Of a DNA stretch of 64,000 bases, positions 18,316 through 27,754 are shown one piece after another. Origin of the DNA: Candidatus Saccharimonas sp. (GTDB lineage: Bacteria; Patescibacteriota; Saccharimonadia; Saccharimonadales; Saccharimonadaceae); the NCBI GenBank assembly GCA_022736555.1, contig DZCW01000002.1, positions 25,070-89,069 of the forward strand. Reading direction: 5' to 3'. A model generated the notes under the pieces. It did no database searches. It was not told where the DNA came from and saw only the letters and a program-made list of their open reading frames with translations. The number at the start of each line of letters is the position of its first letter. Within the stretch, counting starts at the first letter, position 1. Made by a program: the position numbers and the translations under genes.

Positions 18316-19347
18316 ATGACAGCTAAGAAAACCGAAAAGGCAGAAATGGGCGAAAAGCCAATAGCTATCGAGGGAAAACTGAAAGCTTTGGGGTTAGCTC
18401 AGGATCAAATCAACAAACAATTTGGTGATGGTGCAATTCGTCGTTTAGGCGATACTAAAACTGTAGATATAGAATTAACTAGTAGTGGATCGTTATCATT
18501 AGATTTAGCCTTAGGTGGCGGTTACCCAAGGGGTAGGATTATTGAAATTTATGGTCCAGAATCATCTGGAAAAACTACATTAGCGCTTCATGCTATTGCT
18601 GAAATTCAGAAAAATGGCGGAACGGCTGCTTTTATCGATGCTGAACATGCGCTAGACCCATCATATGCACGTAAACTAGGTGTTGATGTTGATAATTTAT
18701 TAGTTTCGCAGCCAGATAATGGCGAACAGGCATTAGACATTGCTGAGACCTTGGTGCGATCAAATGCGGTAGATGTTGTCGTAGTCGACTCGGTAGCTGC
18801 ATTAGTGCCACAGGCTGAAATTGATGGCGACATGGGCGATAGCCACATGGGTTTGCAAGCTAGATTGATGAGTCAGGCTTTACGTAAACTTACTGGTATT
18901 ATCAATAAGAGTAAAACCACAGTTATATTCATTAATCAGATCCGTATGAAAATCGGCGTTATGTTCGGTAATCCCGAGACTACCACTGGCGGTAATGCCT
19001 TGAAATTTTACGCATCAATCCGGTTGGATATTCGACGAACTGGTCAGATCAAGTCCGGTGAGGACATAATGGGCAATCGTACAAAGGTGAAAGTTGTCAA
19101 AAACAAAATTGCTCCACCATTTAGGGTTGCTGAATTCGATATTATGTATAACGAAGGCATCAGTAAAACCGGTGACGTCCTAGACCTGGCAGTGCAACAT
19201 GGTATTGTTGGCAAGGCTGGTGCTTGGTTTGACTATAATGAATCTAAAATCGGGCAAGGTCGCGAGGCTAGCAAGGATTTCCTAAAAGAAAATCCCGAAG
19301 TTCTAGCCGAGATCGATGCCAAAGTTCGCGCCAAGGTTAATGAATAG
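18316..19347 (+). CDS. recA: Recombinase RecA
   Basis: [13 protein letters not shown] Walker A and VVVDSVAAL. Canonical length. Confidence 0.97.
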   Translation: MTAKKTEKAEMGEKPIAIEGKLKALGLAQDQINKQFGDGAIRRLGDTKTVDIELTSSGSLSLDLALGGGYPRGRIIEIYGPESSGKTTLALHAIAEIQKNGGTAAFIDAEHALDPSYARKLGVDVDNLLVSQPDNGEQALDIAETLVRSNAVDVVVVDSVAALVPQAEIDGDMGDSHMGLQARLMSQALRKLTGIINKSKTTVIFINQIRMKIGVMFGNPETTTGGNALKFYASIRLDIRRTGQIKSGEDIMGNRTKVKVVKNKIAPPFRVAEFDIMYNEGISKTGDVLDLAVQHGIVGKAGAWFDYNESKIGQGREASKDFLKENPEVLAEIDAKVRAKVNE

Positions 19348-19360
19348 GATATTGTAATTA

Positions 19361-19933
19361 ATGGATCGGGCGATTATTGTTCACGGGCTATTCCCAGAAA
19401 AATATTTCTATATTACTGGGTCAGATAGCCCAAGCAATGCGCACTGGCTGCCGTGGTTGCAACAGCAATTATGCAGACAGGACGTCCTAGCGCAAACACC
19501 CGAGATGCCACGCCCATTTGCGCCTGATTACAATGATTGGAAGGGTGAATTGGAATTACTAAAACCAGACGAAAATACTATTTTGGTTGGGCATAGTTGT
19601 GGTGGTGGTTTTTTGATTCGTTGGCTGAGCGATAATCCTCAGATCAAAGTCCGTAAGGTTGTTCTAGTTGCTCCTTGGTTAGACATCGAGAAAACGCGTA
19701 GTCCCCTGTTTGACTTTAAGCTTAGATCAGATATTGCCGATCAAAGCAAATATGGCATTGATATCCTCTATTCAACTGATGATTTGATGCCGATAAAGAC
19801 AACTATGGAATATTTACATCAAACCCTAGAAAATATACGCTATCACGAGTTTATTGATTATGGCCATTTCACTTTGGAAAGTATGCATACCCGAGAATTC
19901 CCAGAGTTATTGCAAATTTGCTTAGGTAATTAG
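19361..19933 (+). CDS. YdeN/RBBP9-like alpha/beta serine hydrolase
   Basis: GHSCGG nucleophile elbow, later D and H (YGHFT). About 190 aa, typical of this small hydrolase family. Confidence 0.55.
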   Translation: MDRAIIVHGLFPEKYFYITGSDSPSNAHWLPWLQQQLCRQDVLAQTPEMPRPFAPDYNDWKGELELLKPDENTILVGHSCGGGFLIRWLSDNPQIKVRKVVLVAPWLDIEKTRSPLFDFKLRSDIADQSKYGIDILYSTDDLMPIKTTMEYLHQTLENIRYHEFIDYGHFTLESMHTREFPELLQICLGN

Positions 19934-19934
19934 C

Positions 19935-20570
19935 ATGAAAATTACGAGCATAACTCCTGGTCAAAGAAATAAAAATCGTGTGAACATATCAGTCGATGGT
20001 GTTTATCGATTTAGTTTAGATGTTTACCAGTTAGTAGATCTAAAAATCAGAATCGATCAGGACTATAGTGAATCGGAACTCGTCGCTTTAGAGCAAGAAA
20101 GCCAATTTGGCAAAGCTTATGGGCGGGCGTTGGAATATTGCTTGATGCGGCCACATAGCGTACGCGAAATTAAGGATTATTTATATCGTAAAACCAGATC
20201 AAAACTTGATCAAACTGGCAGAACTAAGCCGGGGATCACACCAGAAACAGCAACGCGCGTTCTGAATCGTTTAGTCGAAAAAGGCTATATTGATGATTAT
20301 AAATTTGCGAACTATTGGATAGAAAATCGATCAATGACCAAAGGGGCTAGCAGGCGTAAATTAACCGCCGAACTAAAGTCTAAGGGTGTTAGCTCGGACA
20401 TCATTAATCAATCACTAGATAGCACGAAGCGTAATGATAGTGATGAGATCCAAAAAATAATTGCTAAAAAAAAGGCGCATTATCCAGACGAGCAAAAGCT
20501 TATGCGATATTTAGCGGGCCAAGGCTTTGGCTATGATGTCATTAAACGCGCGCTAGCTAATACCGACTAG
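19935..20570 (+). CDS. recX: Regulatory protein RecX
   Basis: Three-helix-repeat architecture and KGYIDDYKFANYWIENR motif. Lies close to recA. Confidence 0.75.
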   Translation: MKITSITPGQRNKNRVNISVDGVYRFSLDVYQLVDLKIRIDQDYSESELVALEQESQFGKAYGRALEYCLMRPHSVREIKDYLYRKTRSKLDQTGRTKPGITPETATRVLNRLVEKGYIDDYKFANYWIENRSMTKGASRRKLTAELKSKGVSSDIINQSLDSTKRNDSDEIQKIIAKKKAHYPDEQKLMRYLAGQGFGYDVIKRALANTD

Positions 20571-21149
20571 CTATATTTCGGCATTATCTGTCTGAGGAGT
20601 GTTTGATGATCGGAATGGGTTTAAATATGCCATTTTAGGTGCATCCTTGATTGGCTCAAGTTTTTTTGCAGTGTTTCGGACGGTTATTGTAGTGTCATTA
20701 ATTTCTATGATCTGTGATCGATGCACGAGTAGACTGGTTTCGGTTAAGCTTCGCATAACGCTGCGGGCGACATTCAATTGTTGGATCACGAAATCACTTG
20801 AATCTACTGTATAGTCGCTGACTTTACCTAATTTATGTTTGCTTTCATCAACTACGCTCAGGCCAAGCAATTTAAAGCCTAGATCATAAATCTTTTGGAT
20901 TGCTACGACATCTTTGACACCTATAAATTCATCATTACTATCGATAATCATTCCTATATCGCTGAGTTCGCGAACATCGGCGATACGGATGAATGAAGGT
21001 CGTTCAGATAATAATGGTCCGTCAACTTCGTAGGCTACGATCATCAGATTACTTGGATCAATAATTGGAGTTTTAGTCACCGCCAACTTAGTGCCGGTTT
21101 GTAAACCCATTATTGATGTATTGATTAATCTGGACCCTAGTATGAGCAT
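20571..21149 (-). CDS. Tandem PRC-barrel domain protein, last gene of the pilus operon
   Basis: Two PRC-barrel-like blocks: IMGLQTGTKLAVTKTPIIDPSNLMIVAYEV and LLGLSVVDESKHKLGKVSDYTVDSSDFVIQQLNV. Confidence 0.5.
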   Translation of the reverse strand: MLILGSRLINTSIMGLQTGTKLAVTKTPIIDPSNLMIVAYEVDGPLLSERPSFIRIADVRELSDIGMIIDSNDEFIGVKDVVAIQKIYDLGFKLLGLSVVDESKHKLGKVSDYTVDSSDFVIQQLNVARSVMRSLTETSLLVHRSQIIEINDTTITVRNTAKKLEPIKDAPKMAYLNPFRSSNTPQTDNAEI

Positions 21150-21185
21150 GATGTTATTATAATTGTTTTCTGGTATTGTTACTAA

Positions 21186-21458
21186 TTATTCGGCGAATGG
21201 ATTTATTCTACCGGATGGTGTGGATTGATATTTTACATTTTTGTTACTGGTTTGCATTTTACCTAAGCTGCTAATAGTTGTCTGATCAAAGGTCGCCTTG
21301 CTATCAGGGCTATCGCTGTATGGTTGTATTAATATATTACCGAGAATAGTTACGCATAGAATTAGACCACTGGTAATTATGATTATAAAAAATACTACAC
21401 TGAACTTTCTTAGGCTCTTTTTCATAAATAATAGTGGGGTCGTTAGGTTGTTAATCAT
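21186..21458 (-). CDS. Small single-TM protein in the pilus operon
   Basis: 90 aa with one TM (FSVVFFIIIITSGLILCVTILG). Its position is analogous to PilP-type accessory genes. Confidence 0.4.
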   Translation of the reverse strand: MINNLTTPLLFMKKSLRKFSVVFFIIIITSGLILCVTILGNILIQPYSDSPDSKATFDQTTISSLGKMQTSNKNVKYQSTPSGRINPFAE

Positions 21459-21461
21459 GAT

Positions 21462-22028
21462 TTATTTTGTATAAACCTCCAGTATTATTGGGTCGACCTT
21501 GACTAGGCTATTAGAACTTGGGTCGCGACTGATAGTTATATTAGTTGGCTGTATCTTTGGCAGGTTAGTATCTATGGCTTTTAGGAATTTAATGAAATTA
21601 GTGAATGGTATACTTTTGCTGAATGTTATCGAAATAAACTTTGGCTGTATATTATTAATAGGGGCTAGGCTTTTTAGATTAGATGTCGGTGTTTCGACTA
21701 CGGCGTAGGTGATGCCTATACCAGTGCTGGCGGCATATTTATTCAGGTCGTTTATTATTTTTGTTGGAAAATCATGGCTTGATAATGTTATGGCGTTGGC
21801 TTTGTCGGCAGATATCTTGTAGGTGCTGATGTCATTTTGGAGTTTTGTTAGACTTTGCGAGCTGATTACGTTAGAAACTGATCTTAACGAAGCGTTCGGT
21901 TGATTTGCAAAATCTTTTAGATAGTTTTGCATAAAATAGAATCCACCGATTACGGTAAGTGTTGTTAGAAAAACTACAGTAGCCAGTACTACTCGTATTG
22001 TGGTCGCTTCGGTATAGTTTGTTTTCAT
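21462..22028 (-). CDS. PilO-like pilus assembly protein
   Basis: Bitopic protein with an N-terminal TM followed by a periplasm-side domain. ATGA overlap with the upstream pilN-like gene. Confidence 0.5.
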   Translation of the reverse strand: MKTNYTEATTIRVVLATVVFLTTLTVIGGFYFMQNYLKDFANQPNASLRSVSNVISSQSLTKLQNDISTYKISADKANAITLSSHDFPTKIINDLNKYAASTGIGITYAVVETPTSNLKSLAPINNIQPKFISITFSKSIPFTNFIKFLKAIDTNLPKIQPTNITISRDPSSNSLVKVDPIILEVYTK

Positions 22029-22540
22029 TTTAGCGACCTTATTGTTAGACTAATATCGACTTTTATAGGGTATCTGGGCACGGTGTTGGAGTCGGATGTT
22101 ATGGATTGTAGATTGTAATTTGAGAATTGGGCTATTTTTTGTAAGTTTCGCTTTAGTAGTGGCACGCTGTCTTCGTCACTGGCATGGAGTTGTATGTCTA
22201 TTGGGGAATCTAGAGTGGCGTTGCTAAAAGAAAGTTTATCTAATATCATCCCTGTTGGCAGTGCCGATGCAAAATTGGTGATTATGTCGCTGTATGACAC
22301 TTGTTGGTCTATAACACTCTGGGCTGTCGTAAGGCTAGTTTGCATGGTGTTAGCTCGCTGCATAATAGTTGCAGTAGTTGGGCTAGACTTTTCATTCGAT
22401 ATTATAAAGTACGCTGCCGTACAAATTACGATTAAATATATAACCGCACAACCTAGACTTATTATGATTTTGAGTAAAAACACATTAGTACGTGCGGCGC
22501 GAATTTGTTGTTTGGTTTCATCTGGCAATAGATTTATCAT
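22025..22540 (-). CDS. PilN-like fimbrial assembly protein
   Basis: MINLLPDE... conserved PilN N-terminus (INLLP) followed by a TM. ATGA overlap with the pilM stop. Confidence 0.6.
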   Translation of the reverse strand: MINLLPDETKQQIRAARTNVFLLKIIISLGCAVIYLIVICTAAYFIISNEKSSPTTATIMQRANTMQTSLTTAQSVIDQQVSYSDIITNFASALPTGMILDKLSFSNATLDSPIDIQLHASDEDSVPLLKRNLQKIAQFSNYNLQSITSDSNTVPRYPIKVDISLTIRSLK

Positions 22541-23601
22541 TCCCAAATACTCCCAGGTCTTACGCTGGCAAGCCCAGCAACGGCTATGTATCTAGATCGT
22601 AGTTGTTTAGTTGGTTCTGGCAGTTTACCGAAATCGAGTTTTCGCCATGGGCTAGCGACACGAGCGGGCATAATCAATTCATTAGTGAAATATTCGCCAA
22701 TACCAGGTACATTGCTACCGCTGCCTACAATTAATAGTTGTTCCAATTTACGATCATCGCTTATTCGTTCATTATAATAACGGATTACTTTGCGTGTTTC
22801 GGCAATAATTTGTTGTAAGCTGGGTTCGATTGAGTTTTTGATCTTTTGTTGGCGAGGTCCAGCGCTAAGCCCGTCCAATACTTTTAACTGGTAGGCATTT
22901 TCTAGGGTGATAGACAATTTACTAGCTATGTCTAACGTAAAGGTGTTACCACCGACCGCCAGTTCGCCAGTTACCCTAATCGCATCATTATCTAATATTG
23001 CGATATCAGTGCTAGCTGGCCCAATATCTACAATTACACTAGGTAGTTGTCCATATTCGGTGTTAGTTATCAGGCGAGCGACAGCGCTCATGCTAGGTTC
23101 TATCATGCAGACGGTTAGACCGGCATTTTCGGCGGCTAAGACACATTTATCCACTAATGTTCGAGCGACAGCGCTCATTAAAACAGTGACTTCTTTTTTG
23201 TTGCGTTCTACGATTCGGTAATCAATATAGAGGGTTGATGCTGGGATGGGTATGTATTGATCGGCTTCTAACTCTACTGCATCTTTTAAGTTTTTCTTGA
23301 TTTTAACCGGTAGGTTGAATGTCCTAGAATAGCTACGTGACGTGGGAATGCCAATAACAACATGGTCGCTCGGTAGTGACCCGATTATATTATCCTTGAT
23401 AAGCAATTGGATATTGTCAGCTAAATAAGTACTATTGCCCTCGAGTGACTCTTTGACTTTTATGGGGTCTAGGTCGATTGAGCCATAACCAAGTACGAGC
23501 CATCGTTTTATGTCGATAGCCATAATTTTAATACCAGTACTGCTGATATCAAGACCGATAATTGGTTTGTCTGTGTGAAATAACTTTGTCATAATGCCCA
23601 C
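22537..23601 (-). CDS. pilM: Type IV pilus assembly protein PilM (actin-like ATPase fold)
   Basis: IGLDISSTGIKIMAI and VDIGPASTDIAIL phosphate motifs. An alternative ATG lies at 23592. Confidence 0.8.
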   Translation of the reverse strand: MGIMTKLFHTDKPIIGLDISSTGIKIMAIDIKRWLVLGYGSIDLDPIKVKESLEGNSTYLADNIQLLIKDNIIGSLPSDHVVIGIPTSRSYSRTFNLPVKIKKNLKDAVELEADQYIPIPASTLYIDYRIVERNKKEVTVLMSAVARTLVDKCVLAAENAGLTVCMIEPSMSAVARLITNTEYGQLPSVIVDIGPASTDIAILDNDAIRVTGELAVGGNTFTLDIASKLSITLENAYQLKVLDGLSAGPRQQKIKNSIEPSLQQIIAETRKVIRYYNERISDDRKLEQLLIVGSGSNVPGIGEYFTNELIMPARVASPWRKLDFGKLPEPTKQLRSRYIAVAGLASVRPGSIWE

Positions 23602-23648
23602 TGTAATACCGATAATATTATAGCATGAGCTTATTGGGGTGTATATGT

Positions 23649-24878
23649 TTATGATTGGACGTTTTGAGCTAAGCCGGCGATTGGCATCATGACACTAACG
23701 GCTATTAATCCGACCATGGAGCCCATAATTACTATCATGACTGGTTCAATAATTGAACTGATACCTGCGATTGCTGTGTCGACTTCTTCTTCATAAAAAT
23801 CAGCCACTTTGACCAGAACTTTGTCGGTTTGTCCGGTTTCTTCGCCAACCGATAACATTTGTGAAACTATCGGAGGGAATAGAGGATTGGCGGCAATCAC
23901 CGAAGATAGAGTTTTACCATTTTTGACTTCTGCCTCTGCATCCACCAGGGCTTTTTCGTAGACGGTATTACCAACGGCACGCGAAGTCACGTCAATAGCC
24001 TCGAGCACTGCAACGCCTGCTTCGGTTAACGCCGAAAATGTGCGAGCAAAATGAGCTATCGCGACTTTTACTATTATTTTATTGATCAGCGGTGTTTTTA
24101 ATATTATGGTGTGAAATAATAATTTACCTTTTTTGGTTTTTATGTAGAGTAAGATTCCGTAGATACTGGCAAAAGCTACTATCAGTATTATGTACCAGTA
24201 ACTAATTATAAAGTGGCTAATGGCGAGCATGGCTACTGTTATAGCTGGAAGCTTGGCATCAGCACCACCTAAATCAGTAGTTATTTTACCTATTTGTGGA
24301 ATGATAAAAATCATAAGTCCAAAAAAAGCTAGGATAGTTATAAATAATAGAACGATTGGGTAGGCCATGGCGCTTTTAATTTTTTTACGTATTGCCATGC
24401 TTTTTTCTTGTTGTACGGCTAGCCTCTTTAATATTTCATCGATTATTCCAGCCGTTTCACCAGCCTTGACCATATTTATGTAAACGTCGTTAAAGGTTTC
24501 GGGGTGTTTGCCGAGGGCATTACCTAGCATTTCACCAGCTTCAACGTCACGTATGACATCATTAAGTATCCTTTGCATCGCTGGGCTGTCGGTCATATTA
24601 GTAGATAGGGCACTCAGGGCACGTAAAAGTGGGACACCGGCGCCAATCATAGCGCTGAGCTGGCGGGTAAACATCACTAATTGATCGGATTTTACTTTGC
24701 CAACGCCCAATATCCCCCCAAATTTAGTGGCGGTTTTCGGTTTACCCTCTCTAACACTAACTGGTCGGAGGCCTTGTTTGCCTAGGGCACTTATGGCGCT
24801 ACTGCGATCAGGCTGGTCGATCGTGCCATTTACTGGTGAGTCTTTTCCATCAATAGCAACGTAGGTGAATATTGGCAT
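23649..24878 (-). CDS. pilC: Type IV pilus platform protein PilC (GspF family)
   Basis: Duplicated T2SS-F domains with three TM segments (FTRQLSAMIGAGVPLLRAL; FARTFSALTEAGVAVLEAI). Confidence 0.9.
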   Translation of the reverse strand: MPIFTYVAIDGKDSPVNGTIDQPDRSSAISALGKQGLRPVSVREGKPKTATKFGGILGVGKVKSDQLVMFTRQLSAMIGAGVPLLRALSALSTNMTDSPAMQRILNDVIRDVEAGEMLGNALGKHPETFNDVYINMVKAGETAGIIDEILKRLAVQQEKSMAIRKKIKSAMAYPIVLLFITILAFFGLMIFIIPQIGKITTDLGGADAKLPAITVAMLAISHFIISYWYIILIVAFASIYGILLYIKTKKGKLLFHTIILKTPLINKIIVKVAIAHFARTFSALTEAGVAVLEAIDVTSRAVGNTVYEKALVDAEAEVKNGKTLSSVIAANPLFPPIVSQMLSVGEETGQTDKVLVKVADFYEEEVDTAIAGISSIIEPVMIVIMGSMVGLIAVSVMMPIAGLAQNVQS

Positions 24879-24880
24879 AG

Positions 24881-26692
24881 TTATTCCTTGGTTACTCGGA
24901 TAACCTCTTCGATGGTTGTTTCACCACGAAGAGCTTTGATAATTCCGTCAATCTGCATTCGTAACATACCCTCACTAATACCTTGGTCTTGGATTTGATT
25001 GCTCGAGGCATTTGACATTATGAGTTTTTGAACGGCGACTGAATTGTCTAGGACCTCATAGATGCCGATACGCCCTCTGTAGCCGCTTAGTGCGCTGTCT
25101 TCGTTATCGTCGGGATTATTGCGCCATAGAACATTAATACCGTGTTCGTCGGTACTAAGTGGAGTGTCGGCACCGATACCTTCGGCTGCGGCCTTTTTTT
25201 CGAGTTCGTGTATGAAACTAAAATCTTGATCTGGCTTGAGGCCGATCATACTCATAACCATTTGTTTCTCGGCCTCGGTTGGTTGATAACTCTGCCTGGT
25301 TTCATGGTGTAATTTGCGAACCAAGCGCTGTCCAACTACGACTCTGATAGTACTAGCAATTAAGAATGGTTCAATACCCATATCTAGTAGCCGCGGTAGG
25401 CAAGTTGAGGCATCATTAGTATGTAGAGTGCTAAGCACTAGATGCCCTGTTAATGCGGCCTGCACGCCTAGGTCAGCGGTTTCACCATCGCGGATCTCGC
25501 CGACCATGATAATGTTTGGGTCTTGGCGAAGTAGTGCTCTGAGCCCATTCGCAAAGGTTAAGCCAGCTTTTGGATTAGTTTGAGTTTGGTTAACACCTGG
25601 TATTTTATATTCAACTGGGTCTTCGACGGTAGAAATATTAACGCCTGGAGTATTTAAAATAGTCAGGATACTAAATAAACTGGTCGATTTACCGCTACCG
25701 GTTGGTCCAGTCACTAGAATCATCCCGTTAGCCTCGGTCATAGCCGCATTAATAGTTGCTAGGGGTTGTCCCCAATAACCTAATGATTCTAGCGAAACGG
25801 CTTGATTAGATTCATCCAGAATACGCATGACGATCTTTTCACCGTCAGTAACCGGCAGCGTGCTTACGCGCAAAGCATATTGTTTGCCGCCAACTTTAAT
25901 TTTAAAACGTCCGTCTTGTGGCACGCGGCGTTCATCAATTTTGAGGTTACTGAGGATTTTAACGCGGCTAACTAGTGCCATCAAGACATTACGAGGTAGG
26001 CGGTTTACTTCCTTTAACATGCCGTCTATTCGATAGCGTATTTGGACATAACCCTCGCGTGGTTCGATATGGATATCGCTAGCATGGGATCGAATAGCAG
26101 ATTCTAGTAGTAGATTTATTGTCTGAGCTATTGGTGAGTCTTCGGATATTTCTTGTTCTGATATGGTATCGTCATAGATTTCGTTACCGTCGCTATCGTC
26201 GTCATCTGTTTTGTCGGCACGTTGAATATTAATAACTTCATTTAATTCTTGGTTAACATCTCCGCGGTAGACCTCTAGGCTAGTGATTATATTATCGCGT
26301 GGTGCAATGTACACCTTGGTATTAGTTCCAATTTGTTTCTCAATAAAATTAACAGCCTGAACGTCATCAGGGTCATCCATGGCCAAGTGGTTGGTGCCAT
26401 CTTTGTCGATCTTGAATAACACGGCATTATATTGTCGGGCTATCCGTTCGGGTATCTTTTTAATTATATTCTGAGGTATAGTGCGGGGGTTTAACTCAAT
26501 ATATGGTATTTGAGCGTATTCCGAGAATGCCTTGGCCAGAGTTTTGTCAGTGATGAGTTCATTCTGAAAGGCTAAGGCTTGGAGTGACCGCTTTGAACTA
26601 GCCGCCTCTGTTCTTAGGGCGCCGGCCTGCTCTTTAGTGACTACGCCACTATGTACGAGCAAATTTTCCATTGTAACATCTGAAACGCGCAT
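24881..26692 (-). CDS. pilB: Type IV pilus extension ATPase PilB (GspE family)
   Basis: VTGPTGSGKSTSL Walker A, IMVGEIRD Asp box and LVLSTLHTND His box, with a GSPII-type N-domain. Confidence 0.9.
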   Translation of the reverse strand: MRVSDVTMENLLVHSGVVTKEQAGALRTEAASSKRSLQALAFQNELITDKTLAKAFSEYAQIPYIELNPRTIPQNIIKKIPERIARQYNAVLFKIDKDGTNHLAMDDPDDVQAVNFIEKQIGTNTKVYIAPRDNIITSLEVYRGDVNQELNEVINIQRADKTDDDDSDGNEIYDDTISEQEISEDSPIAQTINLLLESAIRSHASDIHIEPREGYVQIRYRIDGMLKEVNRLPRNVLMALVSRVKILSNLKIDERRVPQDGRFKIKVGGKQYALRVSTLPVTDGEKIVMRILDESNQAVSLESLGYWGQPLATINAAMTEANGMILVTGPTGSGKSTSLFSILTILNTPGVNISTVEDPVEYKIPGVNQTQTNPKAGLTFANGLRALLRQDPNIIMVGEIRDGETADLGVQAALTGHLVLSTLHTNDASTCLPRLLDMGIEPFLIASTIRVVVGQRLVRKLHHETRQSYQPTEAEKQMVMSMIGLKPDQDFSFIHELEKKAAAEGIGADTPLSTDEHGINVLWRNNPDDNEDSALSGYRGRIGIYEVLDNSVAVQKLIMSNASSNQIQDQGISEGMLRMQIDGIIKALRGETTIEEVIRVTKE

Positions 26693-26754
26693 ACTGCTTG
26701 TGCTCTATTGTAGTCGACGAGATAAAAAAACGCTAGGTGTTATAATAGATAACA

Positions 26755-27213
26755 ATGCTCAAAGAGATAAACAGCGAAAACGAGATGAAAGATTTTGGCC
26801 GATTGATCGGTTCTTTGCTGCGCGGCAGTGAAATTATCGAATTAGTGGGTGATGTTGGTGTAGGAAAAACAACATTAGTCAAAGGTATTGCGATTGGTTT
26901 AGGAATTGATGAATATGTTCAGAGTCCAAGTTTTACGATCAACCGTGTCTATAGAGGCCGAGACGGTCTAATTCTATCTCATTATGATTTCTACCGATTA
27001 AATAATGCTGGGATCATGACAAATGAATTGCAGGAAACGATTAGCGATCCCAAGACAATTACGATCATCGAATGGGGTGAGATAGTTAATGGGGTATTGC
27101 CAACTGATCGTTTGTCGATTCATATAATATCGCCGACCGAAACCTCGAGGCAAATTGTCGTTACCTCGGATGGTGGTAATAGCCGCAAGATAGCAGACGG
27201 ACTAAATTTATGA
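26755..27213 (+). CDS. tsaE: tRNA t6A ATPase TsaE
   Basis: LVGDVGVGKTTLVKG P-loop and HYDFYRL motif. The TGA stop sits in an ATGA overlap with tsaB. Confidence 0.8.
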   Translation: MLKEINSENEMKDFGRLIGSLLRGSEIIELVGDVGVGKTTLVKGIAIGLGIDEYVQSPSFTINRVYRGRDGLILSHYDFYRLNNAGIMTNELQETISDPKTITIIEWGEIVNGVLPTDRLSIHIISPTETSRQIVVTSDGGNSRKIADGLNL

Positions 27214-27596
27214 TTTTACTATTAGACACTAGTACGGCAATTTGTAGATTAACTTTCATTGATGGTGGATTATATTGGCACAATGAATGGCAGGCCGATC
27301 GAGATTTAGCTAAGGGCCTACTAGGTTATCTAGATGAGAAACTCAAGGATAATGGTAAAAAATGGACAGACGTTATGGCACTCGGTGTATTTGAAGGCCC
27401 TGGTAGTTTTACGGGTCTAAGAATCGGAATAGCTGTCATGAATACTATTGCTTATGCTCAGAACATCCCGATTGTGGGTGGGCGTGGTGAAAATTGGCAG
27501 GACGATATTATTGCTAAATTACACACTGGTGCAGATGAAAAAATCGTTTTGCCGTTTTATGGCAGTGAAGCAAATATTACAATACCTAAAAAATAA
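27210..27596 (+). CDS. tsaB: TsaB-like t6A protein (short, 128 aa)
   Basis: ILLLDTST... and GPGSFTGLRIG motifs. Lacks the usual C-terminal half. Confidence 0.7.
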   Translation: MILLLDTSTAICRLTFIDGGLYWHNEWQADRDLAKGLLGYLDEKLKDNGKKWTDVMALGVFEGPGSFTGLRIGIAVMNTIAYAQNIPIVGGRGENWQDDIIAKLHTGADEKIVLPFYGSEANITIPKK

Positions 27597-27754
27597 CTTG
27601 CGCCTATGGTCTAATAAAGGCTATTATAATATATAGTCCATTAGGACTCTGAATATTTTTTGAAACCGACGCCAAAGGCCGATTGAATTTTTATACAAGC
27701 TTTTTAAACTAGTAATAACATATAGATAAAAGCCCGGCGAGGAAAGGAACCACT

